From positions 18,707 through 82,706 of the forward strand of contig CALXRS010000002.1 in assembly GCA_944390915.1 (NCBI GenBank): a stretch of 64,000 nucleotides of DNA. Reading direction: 5' to 3'. This document shows positions 35,911 through 45,476 of this stretch, piece after piece. Within the stretch, counting starts at the first letter, position 1, and the number at the start of each line of letters is the position of its first letter. The DNA comes from an uncultured Alphaproteobacteria bacterium (lineage in GTDB: Bacteria > Pseudomonadota > Alphaproteobacteria > RF32 > CAG-239). The notes beneath the pieces were generated by a model, which had not been told where the DNA came from, did not search any database, and was given only the letters and a program-made list of their open reading frames with translations. The position numbers and the translations under genes are program-made.

Positions 35911-37046
35911 CAGTTTTTCTCCTCGGCTGCGGAACTTTTGCTCACGACAATCTTAAACGGCCCTTTGGTCACACCGGCGCCGATTTTGCCGATAACGATA
36001 CTTTCGCCCGGTCGAAAATTGTTCTTCAGGATATAATTGTTATTGCCGTATTCGCTTAGGATATCCACTTTGGTTTTAATCACGCCGCCGCTGCCGGCCA
36101 CATAAATATAATTTCCGTCCGCTTCGGGATAAACCAGATTTTTGGCCACCACCATGCCGCGATATTTTTTTTCAACCACGACATTGACATAGGCGTTGGC
36201 CAGCAATTTTTTATCGGGATTGGCAAAATCGGCATACACGGCAACCGAGTCGGTAGCTTTGTCCATCTGGTTGTCGGCATAACGAAACTCGCCTTTTTGC
36301 TCATAAATGCTTCCGTTTGCAAGTCTCAAGCGGATATTTTCTCCGGCAAACATCTCTTCGTCCAAATAGTCTTTGCCGGTAATTGAAAAAACGACCCGCA
36401 TCGGATTGTACTGAATAACGGTCAACAGCGTATCCTCCGGCGACACATAATCGCCCACCGACAAAGAAACATTGCCCACCACCCCGTTTATCGTTGCCTT
36501 GACCAGCGTATAACCCAAATTAACTTCGGCTTCGGTCAGCTCTGCCCGCGCTTGCTGCAACGCGGCTTTGGCCGATAAGTAAGAAGCTTTGGCATTGTCC
36601 TTATCCGTCGGCGAAACGGCCTTTGTTCCCGCTTTTTGCAAACGTTCGTAATAAAGACTGCTGTTGTTAAGGGTTGCTTCCGCTCCGGCCACGGCAGCCT
36701 GCGCCGCCGCCAACCGCGCCTTGTAGGGCGCCTGATCGATGGTCAGCAAAACCTCGCCGCTTTTTACCTCGGCGCCGCCCGTTGCCTCAACCGAAGCAAC
36801 AAAGCCGCTGATATACGGGCGAACGGCAACATCGTTGACCGGCACCACATAGCCGATATAATTTTTTTCGACGCTCACCTCCCGCTCGACAAGCGGCGCC
36901 GCAGCCAGCGTTTTTTCCGCGACGTTATTTTCCTCCGGCATTTTTTTGCCGCCGAAATGCAGCCAGGCCAAATATCCGGCAACCGCCGAAACAATAAAAA
37001 ACAAGACCGGCCACAAAATATTGCTACGTTCCCTGCTGTCACTCAT
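35910..37046 (-). CDS. RND efflux periplasmic adaptor (membrane fusion protein)
   Basis: Track ORF reaches 37112 (TTG). I prefer the ATG at 37046, which has an upstream AAGGA. TM anchor [20 protein letters not shown], then lipoyl/beta-barrel adaptor domains. Its stop shares 1 nt with the permease start. Confidence 0.85.
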   Translation of the reverse strand: MSDSRERSNILWPVLFFIVSAVAGYLAWLHFGGKKMPEENNVAEKTLAAAPLVEREVSVEKNYIGYVVPVNDVAVRPYISGFVASVEATGGAEVKSGEVLLTIDQAPYKARLAAAQAAVAGAEATLNNSSLYYERLQKAGTKAVSPTDKDNAKASYLSAKAALQQARAELTEAEVNLGYTLVKATINGVVGNVSLSVGDYVSPEDTLLTVIQYNPMRVVFSITGKDYLDEEMFAGENIRLRLANGSIYEQKGEFRYADNQMDKATDSVAVYADFANPDKKLLANAYVNVVVEKKYRGMVVAKNLVYPEADGNYIYVAGSGGVIKTKVDILSEYGNNNYILKNNFRPGESIVIGKIGAGVTKGPFKIVVSKSSAAEEKN

Positions 37047-37206
37047 CGGCGGTTTTTCCTTTCCGTTGTTGCTTTCCGTCAATTTAAATAATCGGGCGGC
37101 AAAGGGTTTCAAGACGACGGAACGGAAATTGGCAGTCTATCTTAATCAAATTTTTATATATTTCTCCTATGGTATAAAAAAATTGCTTACATCAGGGAAC
37201 AAACAA

Positions 37207-38247
37207 ATGCTTGCCGCTATATTTTCCGTCGAATTTGTGTTGCCGATTCGCCTCTGCGCGGCGTTTCTAACCGCCCTTGCCGTTGTGCTGGTCTGCGGCA
37301 GCCGCTTTATTGCTTTTCTGCATGCCCGCCAGAAACTGGGGCAGCCTATCCGCGCCGACGGACCGCAAAGCCACCTGTTGACCAAAAAAGGAACGCCGAC
37401 CATGGGCGGCATTCTCATTCTTGCGGCCATCATCGTTTCCGCCTTTTTGTGGTGTAATTTGGACAATGTTTTTGTCTGGCTGGCCATAGTCGTTATCGTT
37501 GTTTTCGGAGCAACGGGGTTTGCCGACGACTATGTCAAAGTAAAAAAGCAAACGCCGGACGCCATGACCGCCAAAATGAAACTGGCTTTGCAACTGGTCA
37601 CTTCTCTGGTCGTCATCGGCTTTGTTTCGGCTCATACGCCGGAAGCGTACCGATTTTCCCTAACCCTTCCCTATGTCGGAATATTTGTTGATTTATGGTG
37701 GTTTTATATTCCCTTTGCGGTTATCGTCATTGCCGGCGCCTCCAACGCCGTCAACTTAAGCGACGGCCTCGACGGTTTGGCCGGCGGCCTGTGTCTGACG
37801 GCTTTCAGCGCTTTCGTCATCATTGCTTTGACGGCGGGACACAGTGATTTTGCCGGCGCATATATTCCCGGCGGCGAAGAAGTCGCCGTGATTTGCTCGG
37901 CGGCCGCCGGCGCCTGTCTCGGCTTTTTGTGGTTTAACAGCAAACCCGCCAAAGTATTTATGGGCGACACGGGCTCGCTTGCGCTTGGCGCTCTGCTCGG
38001 CACCGTGGCCGTTATCGTCAAACAGGAAATTTTGCTTGCCATCGTCGGCTTTGTGTTTGTGGCAGAAACATTGTCGGTGATGATACAGGTTTTCTGGTAT
38101 AAACGTACGGGAAAAAGAGTTTTTTTAATGGCGCCGATTCATCATCATTTTGAACAACTCGGCTGGGAAGAAACAACCGTCGTCGCCCGTTTTCGGATCG
38201 TTGCGATTATTGCCGCCGTAACGGGACTGCTGTCTTTTCTTTTGTAA
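37207..38247 (+). CDS. mraY: Phospho-N-acetylmuramoyl-pentapeptide transferase
   Basis: Internal ATG at 37207 of track ORF 36946..38247. Motifs KKGTPTMGG, NAVNLSDGLDGLA, FMGDTGSLALG, APIHHHFE. Confidence 0.93.
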   Translation: MLAAIFSVEFVLPIRLCAAFLTALAVVLVCGSRFIAFLHARQKLGQPIRADGPQSHLLTKKGTPTMGGILILAAIIVSAFLWCNLDNVFVWLAIVVIVVFGATGFADDYVKVKKQTPDAMTAKMKLALQLVTSLVVIGFVSAHTPEAYRFSLTLPYVGIFVDLWWFYIPFAVIVIAGASNAVNLSDGLDGLAGGLCLTAFSAFVIIALTAGHSDFAGAYIPGGEEVAVICSAAAGACLGFLWFNSKPAKVFMGDTGSLALGALLGTVAVIVKQEILLAIVGFVFVAETLSVMIQVFWYKRTGKRVFLMAPIHHHFEQLGWEETTVVARFRIVAIIAAVTGLLSFLL

Positions 38248-38259
38248 AGGGGACGGCGG

Positions 38260-39390
38260 ATGCTTATTTTTTCGCACAACAATCGCAACATTCTGGCCAA
38301 CTGGTGGTGGACGGTCGACAAAACTTTGCTGCTTTGCTGCAGCATTCTCATCGTGCTCGGCGTATTGCTCACTTTTTCGGCCAGTCCGGCCGTTGCCGAA
38401 CGGATAGGGTTTGATGCCTACCATTTTGTCAAACGTCATTTGTTGTTTGCGCCGGCCGCTTATGTCGTCATGATAGCTTTGTCGGTGCAAAAACTGAAAT
38501 TCATTCGCCGCTTGTCGCTTGTCGGCTATCTGACGGCCATCGTTCTTGTCGGCTGCACTTTTTTCTTCGGCGCCGAAAACAAGGGTGCCTCGCGCTGGTT
38601 GACGATATTTGGTTTTTCGCTTCAACCGTCGGAATTTGTCAAGCCTTTTTTCATTGTCACCGCCGCCTGGCTGTTTGACGGACAGCGCCGTCATCCGGAA
38701 TTTCCCGGCAACATGCTGTCGGTTGCCCTGTTTTTGTTTACGGCATTGCTGATTGTGCGGCAACCGGATGTGGGCATGACAATCGTCATCAGCGCCGTTT
38801 GGCTGTTTCAGTTTTTTTTAAGCGGCATGCCCTGGCAGGGGTTGGTTTTGGCCGGTTTTTTGGGAATAGGAGCGTTGACGGCCGCCTATTTTGCTTTTCC
38901 GCATTTCCAAATCCGCCTCCATCAGTTTTTAGCCTCGGGCAACGAACTGAGCTATCAGGTAAAAAAATCGCTGGAAGCTTTCCAAAGCGGCAGCCTGTTC
39001 GGACGCGGCCCCGGCGAAGGCGTTGTCCGCTCAAGCATTCCCGACGCCCATACCGATTTCATCTATGCCGTGGCCGGCGAAGAATACGGTGTTTTTCTGT
39101 GTCTGGTCATTGTGGTGCTGTATCTGATAATCGTGGTGCGTTCGATGATTATTTCCTGCAAAGACAACAATCTGTTCATTATTTTATCGGCATCCGGTCT
39201 GGCTGCTTCTTTCGGACTGCAATCGGTTATCAACATGGCTTCAACCCTGCACCTAATGCCCACCAAAGGGATGACGCTTCCCTTTATTTCCTACGGCGGC
39301 TCGTCCATGATTGCGACGGCCGTCGGCACCGGTATGCTTTTGGCCATTACACGCAAAAACGTTCACGCGGAGGACAAAGACGATGTCTGA
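38260..39390 (+). CDS. ftsW: SEDS-family peptidoglycan glycosyltransferase / division protein
   Basis: Polytopic protein with QPSEFVKP, DFIYAVAGEEYG and LPFISYGGSS motifs. Confidence 0.9.
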   Translation: MLIFSHNNRNILANWWWTVDKTLLLCCSILIVLGVLLTFSASPAVAERIGFDAYHFVKRHLLFAPAAYVVMIALSVQKLKFIRRLSLVGYLTAIVLVGCTFFFGAENKGASRWLTIFGFSLQPSEFVKPFFIVTAAWLFDGQRRHPEFPGNMLSVALFLFTALLIVRQPDVGMTIVISAVWLFQFFLSGMPWQGLVLAGFLGIGALTAAYFAFPHFQIRLHQFLASGNELSYQVKKSLEAFQSGSLFGRGPGEGVVRSSIPDAHTDFIYAVAGEEYGVFLCLVIVVLYLIIVVRSMIISCKDNNLFIILSASGLAASFGLQSVINMASTLHLMPTKGMTLPFISYGGSSMIATAVGTGMLLAITRKNVHAEDKDDV

Positions 39391-40522
39391 AAACAAAAAA
39401 GATTTTTCACCCCTGATTATTCTTACGGCAGGCGGCACCGGCGGCCACGTATACCCGGCCGAAGCGCTTGCCGGCGAACTTTCCCGCCGGGGTTACCGTC
39501 TGCTTTTGGTTACCGATCGCCGCGGATTAAACAATTATCGGGGCACTCTGGGAGAAATTCGCAACATTGCCGTTTTTGCCGGCGCCATGACGGGAAAGTC
39601 CCGATGGTTTAAACTGAAAAGCCTGATAAAAACGGCGGCGGGCATTTTGCAGTCGATGTGGGTTATTCTCAAAGAAAAACCCGCCTGTGTCGTCGGTTTC
39701 GGCGGTTACGCGTCTTTTCCCTGTTCTTTGGCAGCCGTTTTGCTCGGCGTTGATTTGATTATCCACGAACAAAATTCCGTTATGAGCCGTACCAACCGTT
39801 TTTTGGCCAAATATGCCGCCGCAGTAGCCACCAGTTTTAAGAAAACGAAATACGCCCCCGCCGGCCGCAAAACAATATTGACCGGCATGCCCGTTCGCGA
39901 ATCCATTGCCGCCCTCAGCAGCCGCCCGCGACCGAAAACAGGAAAAAATGCTCCTTTCCACATCTTGGTTATCGGCGGCTCGCAAGGCGCCGCAATATTT
40001 TCGGAGACCGTTCCCGAAGCTGTCGGCCGACTTTCTCCCGTGCAGCAAAAACATATCTGCATCATGCAGCAATGTCGCGCGGAAGACGTGGAAAAAGTGC
40101 GGAAAATATACGACGGTTACCATTGCAAAGCGGTGGTGGCGCCTTTTTTTAACAACATGCCGGAACTTTATGCCTGCAGTCATCTGGTGATTTCGCGCGC
40201 GGGAGCTTCTTCCGTTGCCGAAATCGAGGCCGCCGGTCGCGCCTCGATTCTGGTGCCGTTGCCGACGGCCGCCGACGACCACCAAACCGCCAATGCCGCC
40301 GAGTTGAAAAACAACAAAGGCAGCATGGTTTTTTCTCAAAAAAACTTTACGCCCTCAATACTCGCGGCCGCCTTGAACGATCTTCTGCAAAATCCGCAAA
40401 TCATCAAAACCATGTCTGAAAACGCCGCCCGGCTTGCCGTTACCGATGCCGCCGGCAGACTGGCTGACTTGCTGGCGGCGCGGTTATCATATTTTGCCGA
40501 CCAACAAACAAGGAAAAAATAG
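39383..40522 (+). CDS. murG: UDP-GlcNAc:lipid I N-acetylglucosaminyltransferase
   Basis: The ATG at 39383 overlaps ftsW by 8 nt. Motifs GGTGGHVYPA and ...HQTANA.... Confidence 0.92.
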   Translation: MSENKKDFSPLIILTAGGTGGHVYPAEALAGELSRRGYRLLLVTDRRGLNNYRGTLGEIRNIAVFAGAMTGKSRWFKLKSLIKTAAGILQSMWVILKEKPACVVGFGGYASFPCSLAAVLLGVDLIIHEQNSVMSRTNRFLAKYAAAVATSFKKTKYAPAGRKTILTGMPVRESIAALSSRPRPKTGKNAPFHILVIGGSQGAAIFSETVPEAVGRLSPVQQKHICIMQQCRAEDVEKVRKIYDGYHCKAVVAPFFNNMPELYACSHLVISRAGASSVAEIEAAGRASILVPLPTAADDHQTANAAELKNNKGSMVFSQKNFTPSILAAALNDLLQNPQIIKTMSENAARLAVTDAAGRLADLLAARLSYFADQQTRKK

Positions 40523-40523
40523 C

Positions 40524-41462
40524 ATGTTTCGACTAAAATTCAAATTGTCGCACACGGATCCGCTGATAAAAATCTTACCGGAAGTACGCGGCCGCTATCT
40601 GCAAAATATCAGTCTGGCGCGTCATACCTGGTTTGGTGTCGGCGGTCGGGCGGAAATTATGTATCTACCCGTCGATGCCGAAGATCTGGCTCATTTTTTG
40701 CGCAATACGCCACGCAACCTGCCCCTTTGCCTGATCGGCGGCGGTTCCAACCTGTTGGTCAGAGACGGCGGCGTCCCCGGAGTTGTCATCAAATTGGAAA
40801 GCCCGTTTTTTCGTCAAATAAGCATCGGCGAAAACACGATCACCTGCGGCGCGGGTTTCCATAATCCGGACTTAAAAAAACATTTGCTCGCAAACAACCG
40901 CGGCGGGCTGGAATTTTTGTGTTCCATACCGGGCACCGTCGGCGGTTCGATTAAAACCAATGCCGGCTGCTTCGGACGCGAAATCAGCGACGTTATTGTA
41001 AGTGCGGAAATTATCAACCGCGAAGGCAAAATCCAGAGCATCGATGCAAAAGACCTCGGCCTCTCCTACCGCGGCAGCCTGTTTCCCGACGACTGGATTA
41101 TCCTTGCCGTTACTTTCAAAACCGAACCTTCTTCCGCCGAAAAAATCTCTTGTCTGTTGGAAGAACACAAAGCATATCGCCGCGCGCATCAACCCGTTAA
41201 CCAAAAAACGGCTGGTTCGACTTTTAAGAATCCCGAGGGGCTCAAGGCCTGGGAACTGATAAAAAAATGCGGTTGCGACCAATTCACCGTCGGCGGCGCC
41301 AAAGTTTCCGAAAAACACTGCAATTTCTTAATCAATACCGGTACCGCCAGTGCCGAAGACATTGAAACTCTGGGAGAAATGATTATACGGGAAGTGCAGA
41401 GGCAAACATCCGTTACTCTGGAATGGGAAATTAAAAGATTGGGAATAAAACGGGAACAATGA
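40524..41462 (+). CDS. murB: UDP-N-acetylenolpyruvoylglucosamine reductase
   Basis: The ATG at 40524 lies 1 nt after the murG stop. FAD-binding motifs WFGVGGRAE and GGGSNLLV, plus SAGSTFKNP-like GSTFKNP. Confidence 0.92.
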   Translation: MFRLKFKLSHTDPLIKILPEVRGRYLQNISLARHTWFGVGGRAEIMYLPVDAEDLAHFLRNTPRNLPLCLIGGGSNLLVRDGGVPGVVIKLESPFFRQISIGENTITCGAGFHNPDLKKHLLANNRGGLEFLCSIPGTVGGSIKTNAGCFGREISDVIVSAEIINREGKIQSIDAKDLGLSYRGSLFPDDWIILAVTFKTEPSSAEKISCLLEEHKAYRRAHQPVNQKTAGSTFKNPEGLKAWELIKKCGCDQFTVGGAKVSEKHCNFLINTGTASAEDIETLGEMIIREVQRQTSVTLEWEIKRLGIKREQ

Positions 41463-42322
41463 ACAACATGCCGCCGAAAAACGAACTGTCACCGGAGGCC
41501 GCCCCGAGCTCCGACAAAATTAAAATAAAACTTCCGTTGCTGTGGCCCTATCGACTGCTCGGCAACATCCTGATCCTCGTGCTGCTGGTCTTTTTTGCGG
41601 CCGGTATTCTGGTTATAAAAAGCGACATGGTCAGCCGGCAGCTGAATTCCCTGTCCGACTATTTTTACGGCCTTACCTCGTATCTCGGCTTTACCATTGA
41701 CGACATCATCGTCTACGGGCGCAACAAAACCGCTGTTGAAGAAATTTACAACATAGTCAACGCCCGCCGGGGAGACAACATTTTAAGCCTGAACATCCGG
41801 CAGATAAAAGACGACCTCGAACAGCTGCCATGGGTTAAATCGGCTACGGTGGAACGCTCCTATTTGCCCAACATTTTGAAAATTACCCTTCGCGAAAGAC
41901 AGATCAGCTCGCTCTGGCAAATCCACAATCGCCTCTACCCCGTTGATACGGAAGGCACCGTCATCCGCGCCGATTTTGTCCCTTCTCATCCGCTGTTGCT
42001 GATCATCGGCCGCGGCGCCCCCGAAAACTTAAACCAACTTTTGTCCGTTATTGCCGGCGACAACGAAGTTTATCCCCGCATCCGCGCCGCCACTTTCATT
42101 TCCGGCCGGCGTTGGAATCTGCTTTTGGATGATATCGAAAACGGCATCACCGTCAAATTGCCGGCCGAAGAAACGGCGGCTGCCTGGCAAAAATTGCTAA
42201 AATTGAACAAAACGCAGGGCATTCTTAAACGTAAATTAACCATCATTGATTTAAGATTTCCCAATAAGGTTTTGATTAAACCGCGCAAAGCCGCCGATGA
42301 TACCGAACATTTAGAGCTTTAG
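41459..42322 (+). CDS. ftsQ: Cell division protein FtsQ
   Basis: Single TM (LGNILILVLLVFFAAGILVI) plus a POTRA-like region, in the position expected between murB and ftsA. Overlaps murB by 4 nt. Confidence 0.8.
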   Translation: MNNMPPKNELSPEAAPSSDKIKIKLPLLWPYRLLGNILILVLLVFFAAGILVIKSDMVSRQLNSLSDYFYGLTSYLGFTIDDIIVYGRNKTAVEEIYNIVNARRGDNILSLNIRQIKDDLEQLPWVKSATVERSYLPNILKITLRERQISSLWQIHNRLYPVDTEGTVIRADFVPSHPLLLIIGRGAPENLNQLLSVIAGDNEVYPRIRAATFISGRRWNLLLDDIENGITVKLPAEETAAAWQKLLKLNKTQGILKRKLTIIDLRFPNKVLIKPRKAADDTEHLEL

Positions 42323-42366
42323 CCGGTTTAAGCCCAACATCAGCAGACGGCGAAAGGCATATAACA

Positions 42367-43632
42367 GTGACAAATTCTTTTAACCGATTGACGACAATAG
42401 CCGCCTTGGACATAGGCTCGTCCAAGGTGTGTTGCGTCATTGCCCGCATCAGCCGCGACCAAAAAATAAGCATTGCGGGCTACGGCTACAATGCGGCCAA
42501 AGGCATAAAAAACGGTCTGATTACCGATATCAAACAGGCCACTTTTTCGGTTTGTGACGCCGTCGAGACTGCCGAACAAAAGGCAAGCGAACGCATCAAC
42601 CGGATTATTGTCAATGTTTCCGGCAGCAAAATCGGGAGCAGCATCCGCCGTTCGGTCATCAACCTCAACAAATCCAAACCCGTTTCCGAAAACGACATCA
42701 AAAAAGTCATTGAAAAAGGCATTAATAAAATAAACGTCGAAAACAATGAGCTCATCCATTGTCTGCCGACCGGCTACCGTCTCGATTTCGGCGAAGAAAC
42801 AAACGATCCGCGCAATCTTTTCGGCGAAAATCTGTCGGTTGACATGTTGCTCGGAATGGTGCCGGAAATCAACTATCGAAACTTAAAAACCGTCCTTGAC
42901 AACGCGCATTTGGAAATTGCCGAAAAAGCATTGTCGGCCTATGCCTCGGGGCTTGCCTGTCTGGTTGACGACGAAAAAGAACTGGGCGCCACCGTGGTCG
43001 ACATCGGCGGCGGCATTACCGGCATCACCACTTTCCGCCACGGCCATCCGGTCTATTTCAGCGCCATCCGCGTCGGCAGCGACAACATCACGCGCGACAT
43101 TGCCTGGGGACTGACCACCTCGACCAGTCATGCCGAACGCTTAAAAACATTGCACGGTTGCGCCTTTATAACCTCGCAGGACGAAGAAGAAACCATCAAC
43201 GTTTATCCCGTCGGCGAAGAAGACGACAGCCTCATCCGCCAGGTTCCCAAATCCAAACTGATTGCAATTATTGCCTCGCGGGTGGAAGAAATTTTTGAAA
43301 AGGTCAACCAAAAACTGGAAGAACAGGGCTTAAAAGACGTAAAAAACCACCGCGTTGTGTTAACCGGCGGCGGCGCGCATTTAATCGGCATTCGCGACGT
43401 GGCCGCCATGATACTCGACAAACAGGTTCGCCTCGGCCGTCCGCACAGCATAGCCAATATCTTGGACATGTCTTCCTGCCCGCGGCTGCAGTCACCGGAA
43501 TTTTCCACCGTCATCGGCCTGCTTCTGTTCGTGCTTAACTACACCGAAAAAAAACCCGCTAAAATTATCAGCAAACCCGCCGGCGGCGGCATTGCCGGTC
43601 GCATTATCGGATGGCTCAAACAAAATTTTTAA
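42367..43632 (+). CDS. ftsA: Cell division protein FtsA
   Basis: GTG start. Actin-like ATPase motifs ALDIGSSKV, VVDIGGGITG and LTGGGAHL. C-terminal amphipathic helix GRIIGWLKQNF. Confidence 0.92.
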   Translation: MTNSFNRLTTIAALDIGSSKVCCVIARISRDQKISIAGYGYNAAKGIKNGLITDIKQATFSVCDAVETAEQKASERINRIIVNVSGSKIGSSIRRSVINLNKSKPVSENDIKKVIEKGINKINVENNELIHCLPTGYRLDFGEETNDPRNLFGENLSVDMLLGMVPEINYRNLKTVLDNAHLEIAEKALSAYASGLACLVDDEKELGATVVDIGGGITGITTFRHGHPVYFSAIRVGSDNITRDIAWGLTTSTSHAERLKTLHGCAFITSQDEEETINVYPVGEEDDSLIRQVPKSKLIAIIASRVEEIFEKVNQKLEEQGLKDVKNHRVVLTGGGAHLIGIRDVAAMILDKQVRLGRPHSIANILDMSSCPRLQSPEFSTVIGLLLFVLNYTEKKPAKIISKPAGGGIAGRIIGWLKQNF

Positions 43633-43716
43633 CAAATTTAACGTCTTTGGTAACCAAAACTTAATTACTTTTCAAATATTTTATACAAAACAGCACAATA
43701 CTTTTGGGAGCACGCA

Positions 43717-45387
43717 ATGTCTATAAACTTAGCAGTACCGGAAACCAACATGATTACCTTAAAACCGCGCATTTCGGTAATCGGAGTCGGCGGCGGCGGC
43801 GGCAATGCCGTGAATAATATGATTGTCAAAAATCTGGAAGGCGTGGACTTTATCGTCGCCAATACCGATGCCCAGGCTTTGGCCAACTCCAAATCCGGCC
43901 GCAAAATCCAGCTCGGAGTGGAAACCACCCACGGACTCGGCGCCGGCGCCTGTCCCGAAGTGGGACGCAAAGCGGCGGAAGAAGCCGCCGAAGAAATAGA
44001 AAAAGAACTGGAAGGCGCCAATATGGTTTTCATCACCGCCGGCATGGGCGGCGGTACCGGTTCCGGCGCGGCGCCGGTTGTGGCTCGCATTGCCAAACAA
44101 AAAGGCATTTTAACCATCGGCGTGGTAACCAAACCGTTCCAGTTTGAAGGCAAACGCCGCTACCAGATTGCCGAAGAAGCCTTGAAAGATTTTACCGAAG
44201 CGGTAGACAGCATTATCATCATTCCCAACCAGAACCTGTTTCGCATTGCCGACAAAAACACCACGCTTGCCGATGCTTTCGTGATGGCCGACAATGTCCT
44301 TTACGACGGCGTGCGCTCCATTACCGATCTGATGATTATGCCCGGCCTCATCAATCTCGACTTTGCCGACATCAAAAGCATTATGCAGGATAAAGGCAAG
44401 GCCATCATGGGCACCGGCGAAGCGGAAGGCGAAGATCGTGCCATCAAGGCTGCCGAACAGGCGCTTTCCAACCCGCTTTTGGACGACAGCAACATGAAAG
44501 GCGCCAAAGGCGTACTCATCAACATCACCGGCGGCATGGACATCACTTTGTTTGAAATTGACGAAGCCGCCAATCGTATCAAAGAAGAAGTTGACGAAGA
44601 GGCAAATATCATTTTCGGTTCCAGTTTTGACGAAAATCTGGCCGGAAAAATTCGCGTTTCGATCGTTGCCACCGGCATCGAAAGCGCCGCGGCGGAAATG
44701 CCAAAACAAAAAGCCAAAGCGACACCCGTAAATTATATCGAGGAAAGCTACGACGAAGAAAGCATTTTGCCGGCAACGCCCAGCGAAGAAATGGATTCCA
44801 AACTGGCAAAATTTGCCGCCACGCTGCCTCCCGTTGAAATGCCCGAAGAGGAAGAAGCCCTCCCGCCGGAAACGGAAAATCAAATCTCCGTCGACACAAC
44901 CGACACGCCGGAGATGCCGGTTGAAGCCCCCCGCCCGACCGATACGGAAATTTTTCAGAACGATTCCCCCGCCGCCGTTGACATGCCGCAGGCCTCGTCC
45001 CTGTTCAACGCCATTTTGAACAAAAACGAATTTGCCGACGCCGACAGCCAGCTGGACAGTCTGATTGCCGGTCAGGACAAACGTTTCAACGCCAAAACGA
45101 CGCCGCGGCCGGTAGAAGAAGAACCCGAACTCTTCAGCCATAATCCGCAATTGTTCACCTCTCCGAAGGAAGAACCCGAAGAAAAACTCATCATCGGCGA
45201 CGATGACGAAGAAGAATATGCGCCGACCCTGATTGAGCGCGTGACCGGATTTTCGATAGCCAAACGCAACCGCCGCAAAAAAATGGAAGAACAGCATCAT
45301 CAGGAACCGGTTACGCCGACTTTTTCCGACAACACCGATGATGACGACGAAGATCTTGACATTCCGGCATTTTTACGTCGTCGTTAA
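43717..45387 (+). CDS. ftsZ: Cell division GTPase FtsZ with a long acidic C-terminal linker
   Basis: [13 protein letters not shown] and [15 protein letters not shown] tubulin signature. A ~230-aa E/P-rich linker, then the conserved tail [11 protein letters not shown]. Confidence 0.97.
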   Translation: MSINLAVPETNMITLKPRISVIGVGGGGGNAVNNMIVKNLEGVDFIVANTDAQALANSKSGRKIQLGVETTHGLGAGACPEVGRKAAEEAAEEIEKELEGANMVFITAGMGGGTGSGAAPVVARIAKQKGILTIGVVTKPFQFEGKRRYQIAEEALKDFTEAVDSIIIIPNQNLFRIADKNTTLADAFVMADNVLYDGVRSITDLMIMPGLINLDFADIKSIMQDKGKAIMGTGEAEGEDRAIKAAEQALSNPLLDDSNMKGAKGVLINITGGMDITLFEIDEAANRIKEEVDEEANIIFGSSFDENLAGKIRVSIVATGIESAAAEMPKQKAKATPVNYIEESYDEESILPATPSEEMDSKLAKFAATLPPVEMPEEEEALPPETENQISVDTTDTPEMPVEAPRPTDTEIFQNDSPAAVDMPQASSLFNAILNKNEFADADSQLDSLIAGQDKRFNAKTTPRPVEEEPELFSHNPQLFTSPKEEPEEKLIIGDDDEEEYAPTLIERVTGFSIAKRNRRKKMEEQHHQEPVTPTFSDNTDDDDEDLDIPAFLRRR

Positions 45388-45404
45388 AACGACTGCCAAC
45401 CAAC

Positions 45405-45445
45405 AAAAAATCTCCGGTTTTTTAACCGGAGATTTTTTGTTTTTC
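45405..45445. terminator. Bidirectional rho-independent terminator
   Basis: aaaaaatctccggtt-tttta-aaccggagatttttt-gttttt, between convergent ftsZ and pepF. Confidence 0.7.
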
Positions 45446-45476
45446 TGTGAATGCCCGCTTTCGTTCGGCCGATTTT

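Noticed and set aside
44110-45300. 396-aa - strand ORF opposite ftsZ, and the 46080..47393 + ORF opposite pepF
   Set aside because: Antisense shadows of confidently identified genes.
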